Source of the DNA: Eledone cirrhosa
Taxonomy: Eukaryota
Assembly (NCBI GenBank): GCA_964016885.1
Contig: OZ024740.1
Span: 223,014,001-223,078,000 of the forward strand
Length of the DNA: 64,000 bases
Reading direction: 5' to 3'
In this document: positions 28,505-42,800 of the stretch, one piece after another
Position numbering within the stretch: position 1 is the stretch's first letter
Layout: each line of letters begins with the position of its first letter
Notes under the pieces: generated by a model
What the model saw: only the letters and a program-made list of their open reading frames with translations
Told to the model about the DNA's origin: nothing
The model's database searches: none
Position numbers and translations under genes: made by a program

Positions 28505-29432
28505 AAAGTAACTGCAAAGAAAGAACTGCTACAGAAACTGGCTAAGAAATGGCAAGAAAAGCCTCTGTATGGAAAATACCCAGAGCGAGCTAACAATCCT
28601 GATGTTGACAAAACTTTAACCCATCAGTGGTTGGCATCCTCTGGACTGAAATCGGAGACTGAAGGACTGATTATATCGGCACAAGATCAGTGTCTGCCAA
28701 CAAAAAATTACCAAGCCAACATAATAAAAAATGGGTGCAGCCCATTATGCCGTGTATGCAAAAAACAACCAGAGACCATTGACCATATAATTTCAATGTG
28801 CAGTCCTATAGCTCCAACCGAATACCTAAACAGGCATGACAGAGCTGCACAATACATACATTGGATAATGTGTAAGCATTTTGACCTGCCCCAACAAAAG
28901 AATTGGTGGGAGCATCAACCACCTCCCATACTTGAAAAAGATCACATCTCAATCTTGTGGAACTTTAGCATCCAAACAGATCGAAAAATAGATGCAAATA
29001 GACCTGATATGTGCCTGCTAATTGATATGTCTGTTCCAATAGACAAGAATGTATCTATAAAAACATTTGAAAAATTGAGCAAGTATAAGGACCTGGAGAT
29101 AGAAATTGGAAAAATGTGGAAATTGAGAACTAAAACAATACCAGTGGTTGTAGGCGCTCTGGGAATGATACCTAAGGGGTCTATTGATTACTTATCGCAA
29201 ATCCCAGGAAACCCGCGTATAGGAGAAATACAAAAGATAGTACTAATGGGAACTGCCCATATACTAAGGAAGATTCTGTCAATATAAGTACATCACAAGT
29301 CTAAACACTAAAGATGCATGTGTGAGTATGTATGTTCTTTCTTGAACATGGCGGACCTTGTTGTCTCTTGAGGTCACTGGTTGTGACTTGGTGATAACTC
29401 GTATGAACATAAAGCAAGATAAATGCAACTGT
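28505..29432 (+). mobile_element. R4/Dong-like non-LTR retrotransposon 3' fragment in (TAA)n
   Basis: LKSETEGLIISAQDQ, CRVC..ETIDHIISMC, RHD, RPD, KLSKYKDL, PVVVGALG. ORF ends at 29287. (TAA)n on both sides. Confidence 0.88.
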
Positions 29433-30945
29433 AATAATAATAATAATACTGATGTTGCTACTACTACTACTAATATGCCATTTTCCCAACTAAAACAAGG
29501 GTTAGCCTTGCAGGCACCATGACAGGCTTCTTGTCCATCATGAGGACCTTTTGAGGCAATGTTTTTTGGCCAAATGCTCCCCATACTCCAAGCCTATTAT
29601 ATGCCTATTATAACATGCAGGGGATGCAGTGTACCTATTCTAAACTGGATACACACGTGCAAAAATCCTTATCTTACTTAGCAAAAACAATTGTGGTTTG
29701 GCATCAGGAATGGCAACTGACCACAGATTTCTACCGCAAAATGTACTGCACAGCTCATTCCAGCATGGAACATTGAACAATAGATAGATAGATGGACAAA
29801 TGGGTAGATAAGACAGAAATACAGAGAGATAGGTGGAAGCAGAAATATGGAAATATTAGATGTTTGATCACATCTAACACAAAGAAGATAAAATATTTTT
29901 TGTGAACAAATTTTAGAATTTTCTTGCTTTGATGATTGTCTTAAAATTGAATATTCAACTAACGTTTCTATAAATGCCTTCTATTCTCTTTTCCTTATTT
30001 TGAAAATGGGCCAATTTATTCTTATTATTCAGTGCTGTAAAAATTCTTACCTACTCCATTGAGCCAAAGATCATTTATTTAAAATAATATAAAAAATTAA
30101 CATAATCAGTATAGTCTAATTGTAACAGGCAACTAGTAAGCTAATAAATTCCACTAGATTGTTATACAACCATAACCTAAGAGATATGCGTTATCTGTGC
30201 TTCTGCTTCACCTACATAGAATTATATAATCTTATCTCATCTAACATGAATAGAGAGTCATTAGTTTGTCAAAGTTTTATTGACATATGATGTCTGTCTA
30301 TCATTCAACACTAACATTTCTATTTACAAGGTTTTATATAACAATTCTATCTCCCGTGAACATATTTTCAATATTAGATTGTCATGGACTATGTGGTTTA
30401 TTAAGAAAGCTCTATTGAGCTCTATCAACAAGACTAAATTTTCATTGTAGTGCATTCTTGTTTCATAGCATTGAACCCTAAATGATTAAATTTAAGCCAA
30501 ATATAAAACATATTGAGAAATCTACTTGGATTAAGAAGGCGTAAATCTACATAATAAATATAACATTTCCAGCATATCTTTTATTTATCTATTAAGCAAT
30601 GTAAATCCTATTCTCCAAGAAGAAAGACACTTTTAATAACATTAACTCTTTTGAATAATTCTCTACTTCAACCCTCCTCTGAGTCTGATGCACAGAACCT
30701 TTTATTTTAGAGTGTTAATATTTATCTAAAAACCTTCCATCATAAATTTGTGCCTAAACTTTTATGTTCCAAACACCAACTTAACCATTTTCATATCAAA
30801 CCACCTGAAACCATCCCTGTTCTGTGATAAAAAAAAATGTTTATTTTAAAATATCTATATTTATTTGAAAACCTTTCGTCATAAATATTTATACAAACCT
30901 TTTTTAAGGTTTCACACAATAGCTTAATGAGGAAGTTAAATTAAT

Positions 30946-31161
30946 TGTTTCTACTTTTGGCACAAGGCCAGCAATTACCCAGTGCATTACTGGTACTTTA
31001 TTTTATCGACCCCGTAAGGATGAAAGGCAAAGTTAACCTCGGCGGGATTTGAACTCAGAATGGCAAGGGCCGTAACTCTATACGTCAAAGCATGGCGTCC
31101 AACCCTCTACCGATACTGCCAATCCACCGCCCTTGGCGGTGGATTGGCAGTATCGGTAGAG
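30946..31161 (-). mobile_element. SINE with fold-back 5' end and 11-bp TSD
   Basis: GTTAAATTAAT at 30935-30945 and 31162-31172; hairpin at 31105-31161. Confidence 0.8.
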
Positions 31162-31216
31162 GTTAAATTAATAAATACCATTTAACATTTATTTTCCATG
31201 CTTCTATGGTTTAGAG

Positions 31217-31545
31217 CAGAGGTTCTCAAAGAGGGTGCCACCACCCCTGTGAAGCATTGAAAATGTCCAGGGGCCTCGTGCCTAAGGGTGTGCTAGAGAT
31301 GATATAATAGTATATTAAATATCACATGATACATATATATAAATATAGTAAAATAAAATATATATAATATTTATTTATACATAGTATATATTATATTATT
31401 TGTTATATACAAATTAACGATTTTATTGATTTTATATTATTTATAATTTGCATGTTGGCAGGTATCTCTGTGAATCGGGTTGGGGGCACTGAGGGTTTTA
31501 CGTGGCCGTGAGGGGGCAGTGGCCCAAAACGTTGGAGAACCTCTG
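31217..31545. mobile_element. hAT (Charlie-like) MITE
   Basis: TIR CAGAGGTTCTC / GAGAACCTCTG; 8-bp TSD GTTTAGAG at 31209-31216 and 31546-31553. Confidence 0.9.
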
Positions 31546-32546
31546 GTTTAGAGGATAACACAATGGTTTAAAATAATAATATATGGTTCATTTTAGAGAT
31601 ATCCTGGAATATTTTCACAATGCTGAATGTTTAAGCTATAAATTAAATTAATTCTACAAAAACGGCCTCTGCTCCTAATGGTGGCTGATCTCATGCCCCC
31701 ACCAATGTGTCACTCAAGATTTACTTACCTCCTCTCATCACACATATTGTGTCCAATCTCCTAGATCCCTCACACTAAGCACTACATCATTCCTCAGGGC
31801 TCATGTCGTTTACTTTACAATAGTTTAATTTGAACAGCAGTGACATCACTCTCACATGTCTAAGAAACCCTGTCAAGATAATGAATGCTTTTCCTTCTTC
31901 CAGATCAAACAAGTAAGTAAAAGCAAAGCGAAAACAAACAAAACAACAAGTACATTCAGTTTTTACTGGAGATCCCTTGATGACAGAGAAATAATTTCTT
32001 ATCATTATGAGATATATTAATCACTATGGATGTGAATCTGTAACCAATGTTTAGACATTAAGTAGTTCAATATAGACTGGAAAGGTCTGAATCTGTAGAA
32101 ACTGTGATCATCTGTGTTACTTATACACAAGGGAAACTTTGATTGTCTGTGTTTCTTATATTCAAGAGAAACTGTGATGGTCTGTGCTACACAAGGGTAA
32201 ATTTCATAATCAATTACTGACATAGGTAGAAAACTTTAAATTTAGAGTATAGCTGGAGGTTAATTTTGCAATGGAAATAGGTTTCAGCCCCATTAACCTC
32301 TAGGCACGTAGAAGTTAACTTCAGGAAAGTCCATTTTGAAATTGTCAAGAATTTGGAAAGATTTAATAAAGTTACTAATTCCTCATTATTAAGTTGGTGT
32401 TTAGAACATAACTTATGAATGGTAGTTACATGTAATTAAAATAGAAGGTTTGATCTAAATATTTTAAATCACACAATTTCAAATTTTACAACTAGGGGCA
32501 TCTTCAGGCAGCTTGTTATCAAAAGGATAAAATTATTTTATCAATG

Positions 32547-33110
32547 AAGTCCCATAATTTCTTTCCTCAGTTCCCACTATTCTCTCTTAGTACCAAATTA
32601 GCTTTTACACCAGCAGCCGACAGTCTCTATAGTTTATATCAGTTTTGTCTCATCTTTACAACCTCAAACTTACTTGGTACTAAATATGCCATTCTTCACA
32701 CACAATATTTCACATCTCATTCTTCAGCCTTACTGAATTATTTAATTCACTCACAAATCTAATATCAAAAATATATTTCATTCTATGCTACTGTTTTTTC
32801 CCTTCAGTATAAATTCTATTCAGTTTCGTACAACCATACTTTGCAGTACTTGAACGAAATGGAGCCATCTTAATTCAACAAACTTCCTACGTATTTGCTG
32901 TATTCTTCGATCATCTTTTGTACTGGATATGATTGTATAAACTATAATTTTACTAGCCAGGTTATTTGCATGATAAATGATACACAGAATACAAAGTGCA
33001 ATAGAAACTTAGCACATGACTGGCACTGAGAAAGTTTGAAATTTTCTATCTTATAGATAGAACTAATAAAATATTTTTGTATGATCTTTGTGTAAAATTT
33101 ATTAATATAT
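32547..33110 (-). repeat. Locally duplicated segment (second copy 33477-33517 + 37004-37570); possibly a piggyBac transposase relic
   Basis: Direct similarity between the copies. Minus strand YPVQKMIEEYSKYVGSL loosely resembles the piggyBac P..I..YN..MGGVD motif. Confidence 0.6.
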
Positions 33111-33517
33111 TTTTCGCTGTTACTGAGTATCTCCATAACCTGAGTATATTTTAGTTCTTAACAACTATTAACACATTACAAAACTCATGTAAAATCCACA
33201 TTGGAATGATGCTTCACATCTAAATATGTTAGCTTATATTTTTGTGCTATTGTCTCCGTAGACATGTTGGAGGACCTATCACACTCATAGGCTACATTTT
33301 TGCTTGATGACCTTCCTAACACCGACCAAGTAAAGCACTAGAAAGGTTGTTATATCAGTGGCAGAACTAAAAGCTTTGCTCAAATCTACCTTGTCTCTGT
33401 TCAATTCTAATTATTTTGAATTAAATTTAAATCCGTATATTACATCTAATTGTACTATTAATATTCCAATATCATCAAGTCCCATAATTTCCTTCATTGG
33501 TTCCCCTCAGTTCCCAC

Positions 33518-36500
33518 CAGTGGTAGATTAACAATATAAGCAAAGTAAGCACGAGCTTAGGGCATCAAAGGAAGAAGGGGCACCTCAAAAATCTTTTATA
33601 TGATGAATTTACAGTTTAAATTATTGAATTAATTTTATAGCAATTTTCAAAATGTAATAAGAAATGAGTAAATTCGGTATAAACACTGTTGTTCATTTCA
33701 GTTTATTTGTTAAATCTCAGTTTTTCAGACGTTTATCTTTAGAAATTTTTCTGAAACTCCAATGTATTCTGGTTCAATTTTAAAATGGCTACATGCTTGT
33801 TGAAATGTTTTTTAAGGTTTATGAATATAGCCACCAGCTGAAAGTTTTTTTATACTCCCAATCCCAACTAACCAAGGTTTATTTTCTGCTTCTTTTTATT
33901 AACAATTCTGTTCATTAGGGTTTTTTAGTTTTTTTACGATTTTTTTTTTCAACTTGAACCTTTTAATATTGTAGACTCTATATCAACAATAATTGTCATT
34001 TGTATTCTAGATTATCTGCTATATAGTATAACATTTTTATTTCTACATAATATTTTATTTTTTTTATTTTTTATCTGAACAAACTCAAGCTTTAATTTTA
34101 TAATTGTATTTGCTGATTGTTTATTTGGGTTCCCACCGTCCTTTTTCAAATCTAACTATCAGATCTAATTAATAGATCCCCCCAAAAATCTAACCATTCA
34201 AATCTAATTAACAGATCCCAAAAACCAAGATGAAACGCATTCAGTTAAGTGGGGCACAAAAACAAAAACTTTCAAACAAGAAACAAGAAAAAGCTTCGGA
34301 ATTAGATCGCTGACTAATTTTTTCTCACAAGATTCCAGGTCAAAACCGATATACGTTATCAGAAGTAGACATGAATACGGAAAATACAACTTTGATTACT
34401 TCAGAATCAAAATATGATTACATTAGAAGTACTGAGATGTCGCAAGCATGTTCATCCAGCACATGTCTCACAACTGATCTTACTTTGCCTGTGAATTCTC
34501 TTTATTCGGATACCTCTACTACAAATGATGATAGGGCTCAAATAATTGCTGAAAATAGAAATTTAGAGCACTGTGACAATGGCGGTGAAATTAATTTGCC
34601 TGTAAAAAATGAAGAAAATTACAATTTAGCGAACGATCCAGGAATGTGGCTTGATTTCTCTGCTAATGATATAGCTTATTGGATTACTTGTGAACCCAGT
34701 ATTTGTCAACACCACAACGAGCCATTTGAAAAGTTTTGCTGTCATTTTAGTAGTGGCAAACCAGTAAGGTATTGCTCACAGAAACTTTTTATTGGGACAA
34801 AAGCCAATGGTGAAAAATACAAGAGAGAGTGGTTACACCATCAAGAGGATCAGTTTATTGTTTTGTTTGTAAACTGTTTGCTGGTGAAAAAAATTCAATT
34901 TTTGTTTCAAGAGAAGGGTTCAGTGATTGGCGCAATACTATTGTAATTGAAAAGCATGAGAAGAGCATTATTCACCGAGACTCTTTGTTGGCATATTTAA
35001 CTCACAGGCAAGGTGCGGGGTTAAAGTCAGATTTGGAGAAACAAATTCATGAAGAGTGCAATTACTGGGAACACGTTTTAAGGCGTGTCGTAGTTGTTAT
35101 TTGTACATTAGCTGAACGTGGCTTGCCTTTTCGAGGAAGTGAAGAGAAGCTAGGGTCGTTGCAAAGTGGGGATTGTTTAGGGCTGCTTGAACTCATAAGC
35201 CAGTTTGATCCATTTTTAGCAGGCCACATTTCTAAATATGGAAATTCTGGAAAAGGAAATTCTTCTTACATGTCAAAAACCACTATCGAGGAAATTATTC
35301 AACTAATGGCACAAATGGTCCTTGAGTTCATTATTAATGAAGTTAAATCTTCTGGTTATTTTAGTTTGTCCAATGATTCAACACCAGCTTTATCACATAG
35401 CGATCTATTGAGTGTTGTACTTAGGTATTTACAAGATGGATAGCCTATTGAACGATGTTTGACCTTCATCATAATAGAAAACCACACTGGAGAGAATATG
35501 GCGAACCAGGTGCTGTTGCATTTATGTGAAGCTTGTGGGATAAATGTTTCAAAATGTAAGGGTCAGACTTATGATAATGCTGCTAACATGTCTGGGCATT
35601 ATAAGGGGATGCAGCAAAAACTTTTAGAAACAAACAAGTTTGCTATATATGTGCCCTATGCAGCTCATTCATTAAATCTTGTTGGCCGGAATGCTGTTGA
35701 CTGCTGTCAAGAGGCTGTTAATTTTTCTCTACAGTACAGTTACTCTATAATTTTTTTCCACTAACCGTTGGAAAATTCTCAAAGATTGTATTAAGAATGA
35801 ATATGTCTTGAAATCCCTCTCTGATACAAGATGGGAAGCACATGCTATGGCAACAGCAGCAATATTGAAATCGTTCCCTGAGATTTCCGAGGCATTAGAA
35901 TATATAGCCGAAGATCAATCACAAAAGGGAAACTCTAGAAGAGAGGCAAATAATATTGTTGATAAGATGCAAGAGCTAGAATTCGTTTTTATGTTGATTT
36001 TTTGGAATGAGATTTTGCAGAATTTTCACAGAGTAAGCAAAGTTCTACAAAATGAGGATGTGAACTTAAAGACATGTGCAGATCTCTATGTATCATTAGC
36101 TGACCAACTGAACACATCACGAGATGAATTTGAAAGATATGAAAAAGAGGCCAAGGAAATTCTTCCAGATGTTGATTACAGGACAACTGCAACTCGCAAA
36201 CGTATTAGAAAAAAAGTACCCAATGACGGAGATACAGCAGAAGTTTATTTAGATGCCAGAGATAAGTTTCGTATCACCACATTTTACACAATTGTTGAGA
36301 AACTTGCAGCTGAGATGGAAAGAAGAGGAGAGATATACAAAGAAATAGCAGAGAAATTTTCTTTTCTTAGTGATGTGCCAAATATAGGCACTCCATTAGC
36401 TACTATATTGAAAGGTATTCTCAGTACGGTCAAAAGTTGATCGATGCTTATCCAGAGGATTTCAATAGTAATTTCTCAGCTGAACTTCAGCAGTTTCATT

Positions 36501-37003
36501 TATATGTGCGAAATAAAATGAGTAGAACAGAAAATATAAAAACAAGATTTAATCATGCTGAACTTTATAAAATTATTGTAAAAGACAATATTGAGTGTGC
36601 CTTTGCAAATGTAGACATAGCCTTTCGTATATTTTTAACATTAATGGTTACTAACTGCTCAGCAGAGTGTTCATTTTCACGGTTGAAATATATTAAAAAT
36701 CCCTTCAGAACAACCATGCAACAATACAGGCTGGATGCTTTATCCCTATTGTGTATAGAAGCAGATGTGTTACGCAAGATTACGAGGATCTGACCAAAGA
36801 CTTTACAAGAAAAAAAAGCAGGAAAAAATGATTCAATAAATAAAATTATTTTCTCTCTTTCTGTATGTTTTGCTTTATTTTGAAATTTCAATAAATAAAA
36901 CTTTAATTTACCATATATTATTGTTCAGATTTTGATCTGCAAATGTATGGGGCACCAACATTTTTTAGAGCTTAGGGCCTCTAAGGGTTTTAATCCGGCC
37001 CTG
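33518..37003 (+). mobile_element. Full-length decayed hAT DNA transposon
   Basis: Imperfect TIRs CAGTGGTAGATTAA / TTAATCCGGCCCTG; 8-bp TSD GTTCCCAC at 33510-33517 and 37004-37011. Confidence 0.92.
34371..36830 (+). pseudogene. hAT transposase (ZMYM1/DUF4371-like, TTF-type Zn finger, dimerisation domain), frameshifted
   Basis: VYCFVCKLF, GFSDW, LAERGLPFRG, GQTYDNAANMSG, AAHSLNL, SDTRW, VTNCSAECSFSRLKYIK; split over five ORFs. Confidence 0.92.
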
Positions 37004-38548
37004 GTTCCCACTATTCTCTCTTAGTATTATATGTACCAAATTAGCTTTTACACCAGCAGTTGACAGTCTCTATAGTTTATATCAATTTTGTCTCATCTTT
37101 ACAACCTCAAACTTACTTGGTACTAACTTAATATGCCATTCATCACACAGAATACTTCACATCTCATTCTTTAGCCTTACTGAATTATTTAATTCACTCA
37201 CAAATCTAATAGCAAGAACAAATTTTGTTCTGTGCTTCTGTTTTTCCCCTTCAGTATAAAATCTATTCAGTTTTGTACAACCATACTTTGCACTACTTGA
37301 CCAAAAATGGAGTCTTCTTAATACAACTTCCTAAATCTATTTGCTATATTCTATTATCTTTTGTACTGAATATGATTGTATAAACTATAATTTCACAAGC
37401 CAAGTTATTTGCATGATAACTGATAGACAGACAACAAAACTCAACTATGTCTTATTCATTTGAAAGTTCGGACATGGTAAGCAGTGAGAAAGTTAGAAAT
37501 TTCTCGTATCTCTTAGGAAGAATTGATAAAATATTTTTGCATGATCTCTATATAATTTATTGGTATATTTTCTTTCAAGAGTAACAATTCCTCGTGGAAA
37601 TGTCTATACAAATACAAAGAAACAACATCACACACTCATACATTAATATATACCAATTAATTTCTAAATAAGCTGGTGTGTTGTTATGAATATGAATATG
37701 TGTATATATATTCCACTAAAGCAACAATAAAAACAATAAAATAAAACAAAGGAAAAAGTTTCCTTGGTTCAATCCAAATACCTGCTTCTTTCCTTTTTTA
37801 TACACACTCAGATCTCTCTATCTCTCTAATACATATATGTGGCCTGTCCCTCCTGATAACAGTGGCATCCAGTGCCACACTGTAAATGTGGTTGTGGCTC
37901 CCAAACTATGGTTCTGCTGTGAGAAGGGTTTGGAATGGACAATTGCCTTGTCCTCCTCATGGTGGTGTACTCCAGTTCCACGCTGTAAACGTAATTGTAG
38001 CTCCCAAATGATGGTTCTGATGTAAGAAGCCTTTGGCACGACCAACTGGCCTGTCCATTCTCATAACAGTGTCACTGTAGATGTGGTTGGTTTTAGGAAG
38101 GGCATCCAATTGTTAAAATCCCAGCCAAATTTACAGTCCCATCTGAGCAGATAGGATGATCCTTCTAACTCATGCAAACATAGAAACTGGATGTTAAATG
38201 GTGATGATGATGATATATATATATATACATATGAAATTTGAAATGTTTGTGCACTAATGTAAATGACTATAAATAATAGATGAGAAAATTGGGTAAAGTA
38301 CTCTTGGAGATGGAAGAAAGTAGACAAAACAACCTACAAGGAATCGAACCATGCATCTCTTAGGTACTGGGTGACTGAACTACCCATTATGTCAAGGTGA
38401 ACATGCCCATGAATTTGCATATTTTAGAAGTTGTTCAATTCAACTTGTAGCTAGAAATGTAAGCATTCGGTTGACCTAAGAGTCATTGGGAAAATTTGAA
38501 GTGCAGTTGTACCAATGTCTATGACTGGAAAATTAGATAAGTTAATCA

Positions 38549-38590
<42 letters not shown>

Positions 38591-38669
38591 CGATTTCATC
38601 TCTTTTTCTTTATACTTCCACTCGTGTAGGACACCTCGATTATTTTTCATTTTGTAAAAAAAACCTCAC

Positions 38670-38769
<100 letters not shown>

Positions 38770-39671
38770 ATGTATGTATGTTTAGATATGTGTTGGGGAT
38801 TGTAGGTATGCAAGTGTTGAATAAGAATACATGTGTTCAAAAGAATAAAAGTAAATGATAATAGAATGTGAGATGAGGTAGCCTGTAAACCTAGCTCTAG
38901 TTAACACATGCATATTCTAGTGTACTTTTATTTGTTCAGTGTATGTTATAAGTTCACAAACTTATTATCATAAACATTCCCTATTTACTATAACATAGCT
39001 TTCCACTATGCACAATGCATATATACATGCTTATTATCCAAGTTTGCATACAAACTATCAGATATTCATTGTACATACATACATATAGATATGTATATAT
39101 TCAGATAAATAGACACACACATAGATAAACAATCACACAAGTTATATATATGTATATGTGTGTGTGTATATATATATTTATATTTATATATATATATGTG
39201 TGTGTGTGTAGATAAATATATATATATATATGTGTGTGTGTGTAGATAAATATATATATGTGTGTGTGTCTATATAAATATATATATATATATATGTATG
39301 TGTGTGTATGCATGTATGCATATATTTGTTTATTTATTTATCATCAAATAGTTTTGAATTAGCTGGTGACAGAATAAGCTAAGCATAAACTTAACTTGAA
39401 AACTTGTGAAGAAAACAAATATCTTGAGAACACGCAGCACAAATAATTGAATCATATTTCCTGAAGTAGAAAAAAAAATTCTGCAGATGTTTGTATAAAT
39501 TATCATTGCCAGAAGAAATAAGGTGTTATAGAGAATTAACTTAAAGATTGAGCAATGTGTCAGCCTTGTTAAAATTTTACATGGATTTTTCTTTGTTTAA
39601 GATGTTACCCAATATATGTGGCAAGATTTTTACATAACATTTCCCAGTTAAAAGATATAATTTTGTTGTCG

Positions 39672-39855
<184 letters not shown>

Positions 39856-42800
39856 AAGAGTGCATTGCTCTTAAAGTCTTTTGAAAAAAAAGTATAAATA
39901 AAAATATATAAATATATTTTTAAAAAATCAAGTAAAAATATGAAAGTGTAAAATAAATCAATATTTCTATACAGATAGGCCAATGTTGATTTCATCTAAT
40001 GTCAGGGAAATGAAATATTCATAAGATAACAGGGTCTGACATCTGTAAAGTTTATAGTAAAAGTAGTCATCAGCCTACTGTTATTAACATTTTTTTTTAC
40101 AATTTTTTTATTAACGCCTAACAAAAAAATAATTTTCACAGTATGTGACTAAAGTACCTATTCTATTTCAGCAAATCAACATAAAATTTCATACTTCATC
40201 TAAATGAATCAATTGATAAAATTCTCTCTCTCTGCATATATGTATATATATATGAACATACATCTATAAATATTTATACATACATATATATATTATATAT
40301 ATAAAATAAGCAAAAAACTATAGGGTAGTAAAATATAATGGTAAAAGGGGATAGTTTGGTAAACATTTGAAATTTGCTGATTCTAGACTATATATTTACT
40401 TCCAATCTAATCAGTGATTCTCTTTAAATGTTTCCAATATGATACCATATAATTTGTAAGTCAGTAAATCGCCAGAGTTGTTTCGGTCTTGGATTTGCAC
40501 TCTGTGTTCAACTCTAGTGAGATACATTTTACCTGTCATCTCTTTTTTACCCCTGGAAGAAATTGACTGTAATTTGACCTAGCCTTTTTGCATTCTGAGA
40601 TCAATTTTGTTTGTGGCATACTTAACTGCGAGATTTAAGCTGTTGCCTTGTTTAACACCACCACCTGATGCTTAAGTGTCTTAGTAGAGTCCACTCCATT
40701 GCACAAATTCAAACCAAGTTGCTCATTTGAAGATAACTTCCTACCTTCTTCTAAATAGTCTCAGACACCTTGATAAGGATCCTGAGTATTGCCTTTTCCT
40801 ACCTAAATAAAGGCCAGTAGAAAAATAGTAATATGGTTGTGTATACTTTCTTTTGAAATAAGAAATATCGACATTGAAAGAGATATATTTTTTCTAGTCT
40901 TCTTGATACATTTATCCTCACCAGTTTACATAATTTTCCATTCTAGCATTGGTTCTAGAGATTGTCACATACAGATGACCATACTTTGCCGATATGTTCC
41001 ATTTTGATAAGATTTCTAGAGATGGATGCACTTCCTAATGCCAATCACTTTGCAATATGTACTGGGTGCATTTTATTTTGGCACTTGCACCTCCACTTTA
41101 GAGGGTCGACTGAGTGCCTTTTACTATGGCACCAGCACAACCACTGCATAGGATGGGCTGGGTGCATTGGTGCATTTTATCATGGAACCAGTGAAAGTGG
41201 CAAATCAATACCACTGTTTTAAATTATAACACATGGCTTGCATATAGTATATGTATTTTTATAATCATATCTGAATCTTGAATGTATAGAACACAAGCAG
41301 ATTTTATTACTAAATTTAAAAGTAAAAATATATTTATCTTACACTGAAAAATAGGTTAATTCTAAGTAAAGCAATTACATCAAACTGGTAAGTGCATTGT
41401 AAATTCTTTCTCCATACATATTTCTTTATTTAAGGGTAAGGAGAATAAATATGAAAATAAGGGCCATGCCCATGGCCTTCACAGACCTTCTGAACATCAT
41501 TTGTTGAAATCTAAATTTAAATCCCATTACAAAATGTGTATCATTAGCTGTGAATCATTAACTACACAATCCATGATTAACTCACCACAACTGTTCTCTG
41601 CCATTAATGATAACATCCAGTAACAAAATCATCTCTTTTAAAATAAACAGTAAAAACAATATAAAAAGTTTATTAAAGAAAAAAGTTAATTAATTACGCT
41701 GATGCAGTATGATCACCTTTTCTTCCTCCGATTATGGCTAAAAAATTATCTCCAGTCTGATTGAGCAGTATCTGAAGCGAATATTCTTATCAAATTCTGA
41801 CTCATGGTTCGATTTTAAGAGAAAGCAGTAGAACAGATGCTAAATTCTGATAAAACAAACTGCTACAAATTGTTCAATCTCTTATAATAGCAGTGAAACT
41901 AATTGAAAACAAATTTGAACCTCTATGAGGGTCATTCAATCTGCTCATCAATCAATTGAATTGATTGACAAAATCCCAGACCTCATTCACATACTGAGTT
42001 GGGTGGGACTCGTCAACTCAAACAAAGAAAACAATGTTTCCATTGGTCTTTCCATTGCTAATACTATCTACCGGTCACAACTTCTGGCAGAAAATTTGAT
42101 CATAGTCGCAGCCAAATGTTCCACAAATTGCACCTTACCAACTTTTGGGATGGGATATTATCATCATCATCATCATCATTATTTTACACCATTTTACCAT
42201 GCTTCCACAGGCTACAGAGGTTGTTACAATTTAGAGTCAGTCCTCATTCAAATGTATCACCCTTCTGAATAAGCCATTTGTTTCTCTTACTCATATCTTC
42301 CATTTTTATCATTATGTTTATGGCTGGATGCTCTTCCTTACACCAACTATTTTACAGAGTATACAGGGTGCATTTTATCACATCAGCACTAGGAAGGCTA
42401 TGAAGTCCTTGGAACATTGATTAATAAATTCTAAATATGCAATACACAAGAGAAAGATGGAATTCCTAAAACTCAAATGGATTGGATCATAGGTTACTGG
42501 AAGTAAACAACAATGTTGCATGTAATTCAATGGATAAACTTAAAATAATTTTAATCACCCAACTTCCCTGGGTCAGTGACCAATCTAATCCCATGTTAGA
42601 AGGACAACAGCAACAACAATAAATCAATATGAGCAAACAAAGTAGCCACTGCATGATTACTTGACTTTCTAGAAATAGCAACCAGACGGCTATCATATCA
42701 TATCCTACATGTGATAAAATGACAGAACGCATGTGTCAATGTATTTCTACATGCTCCTTAAGAGACCTGATGGTGTACTCAATCAAAATTGATAAAATAT

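Noticed and set aside
41630-42140. Possible host exon or conserved non-coding element (also ~58150-58520)
   Set aside because: Unique-looking sequence, but no splice or protein evidence; needs cross-species alignment.
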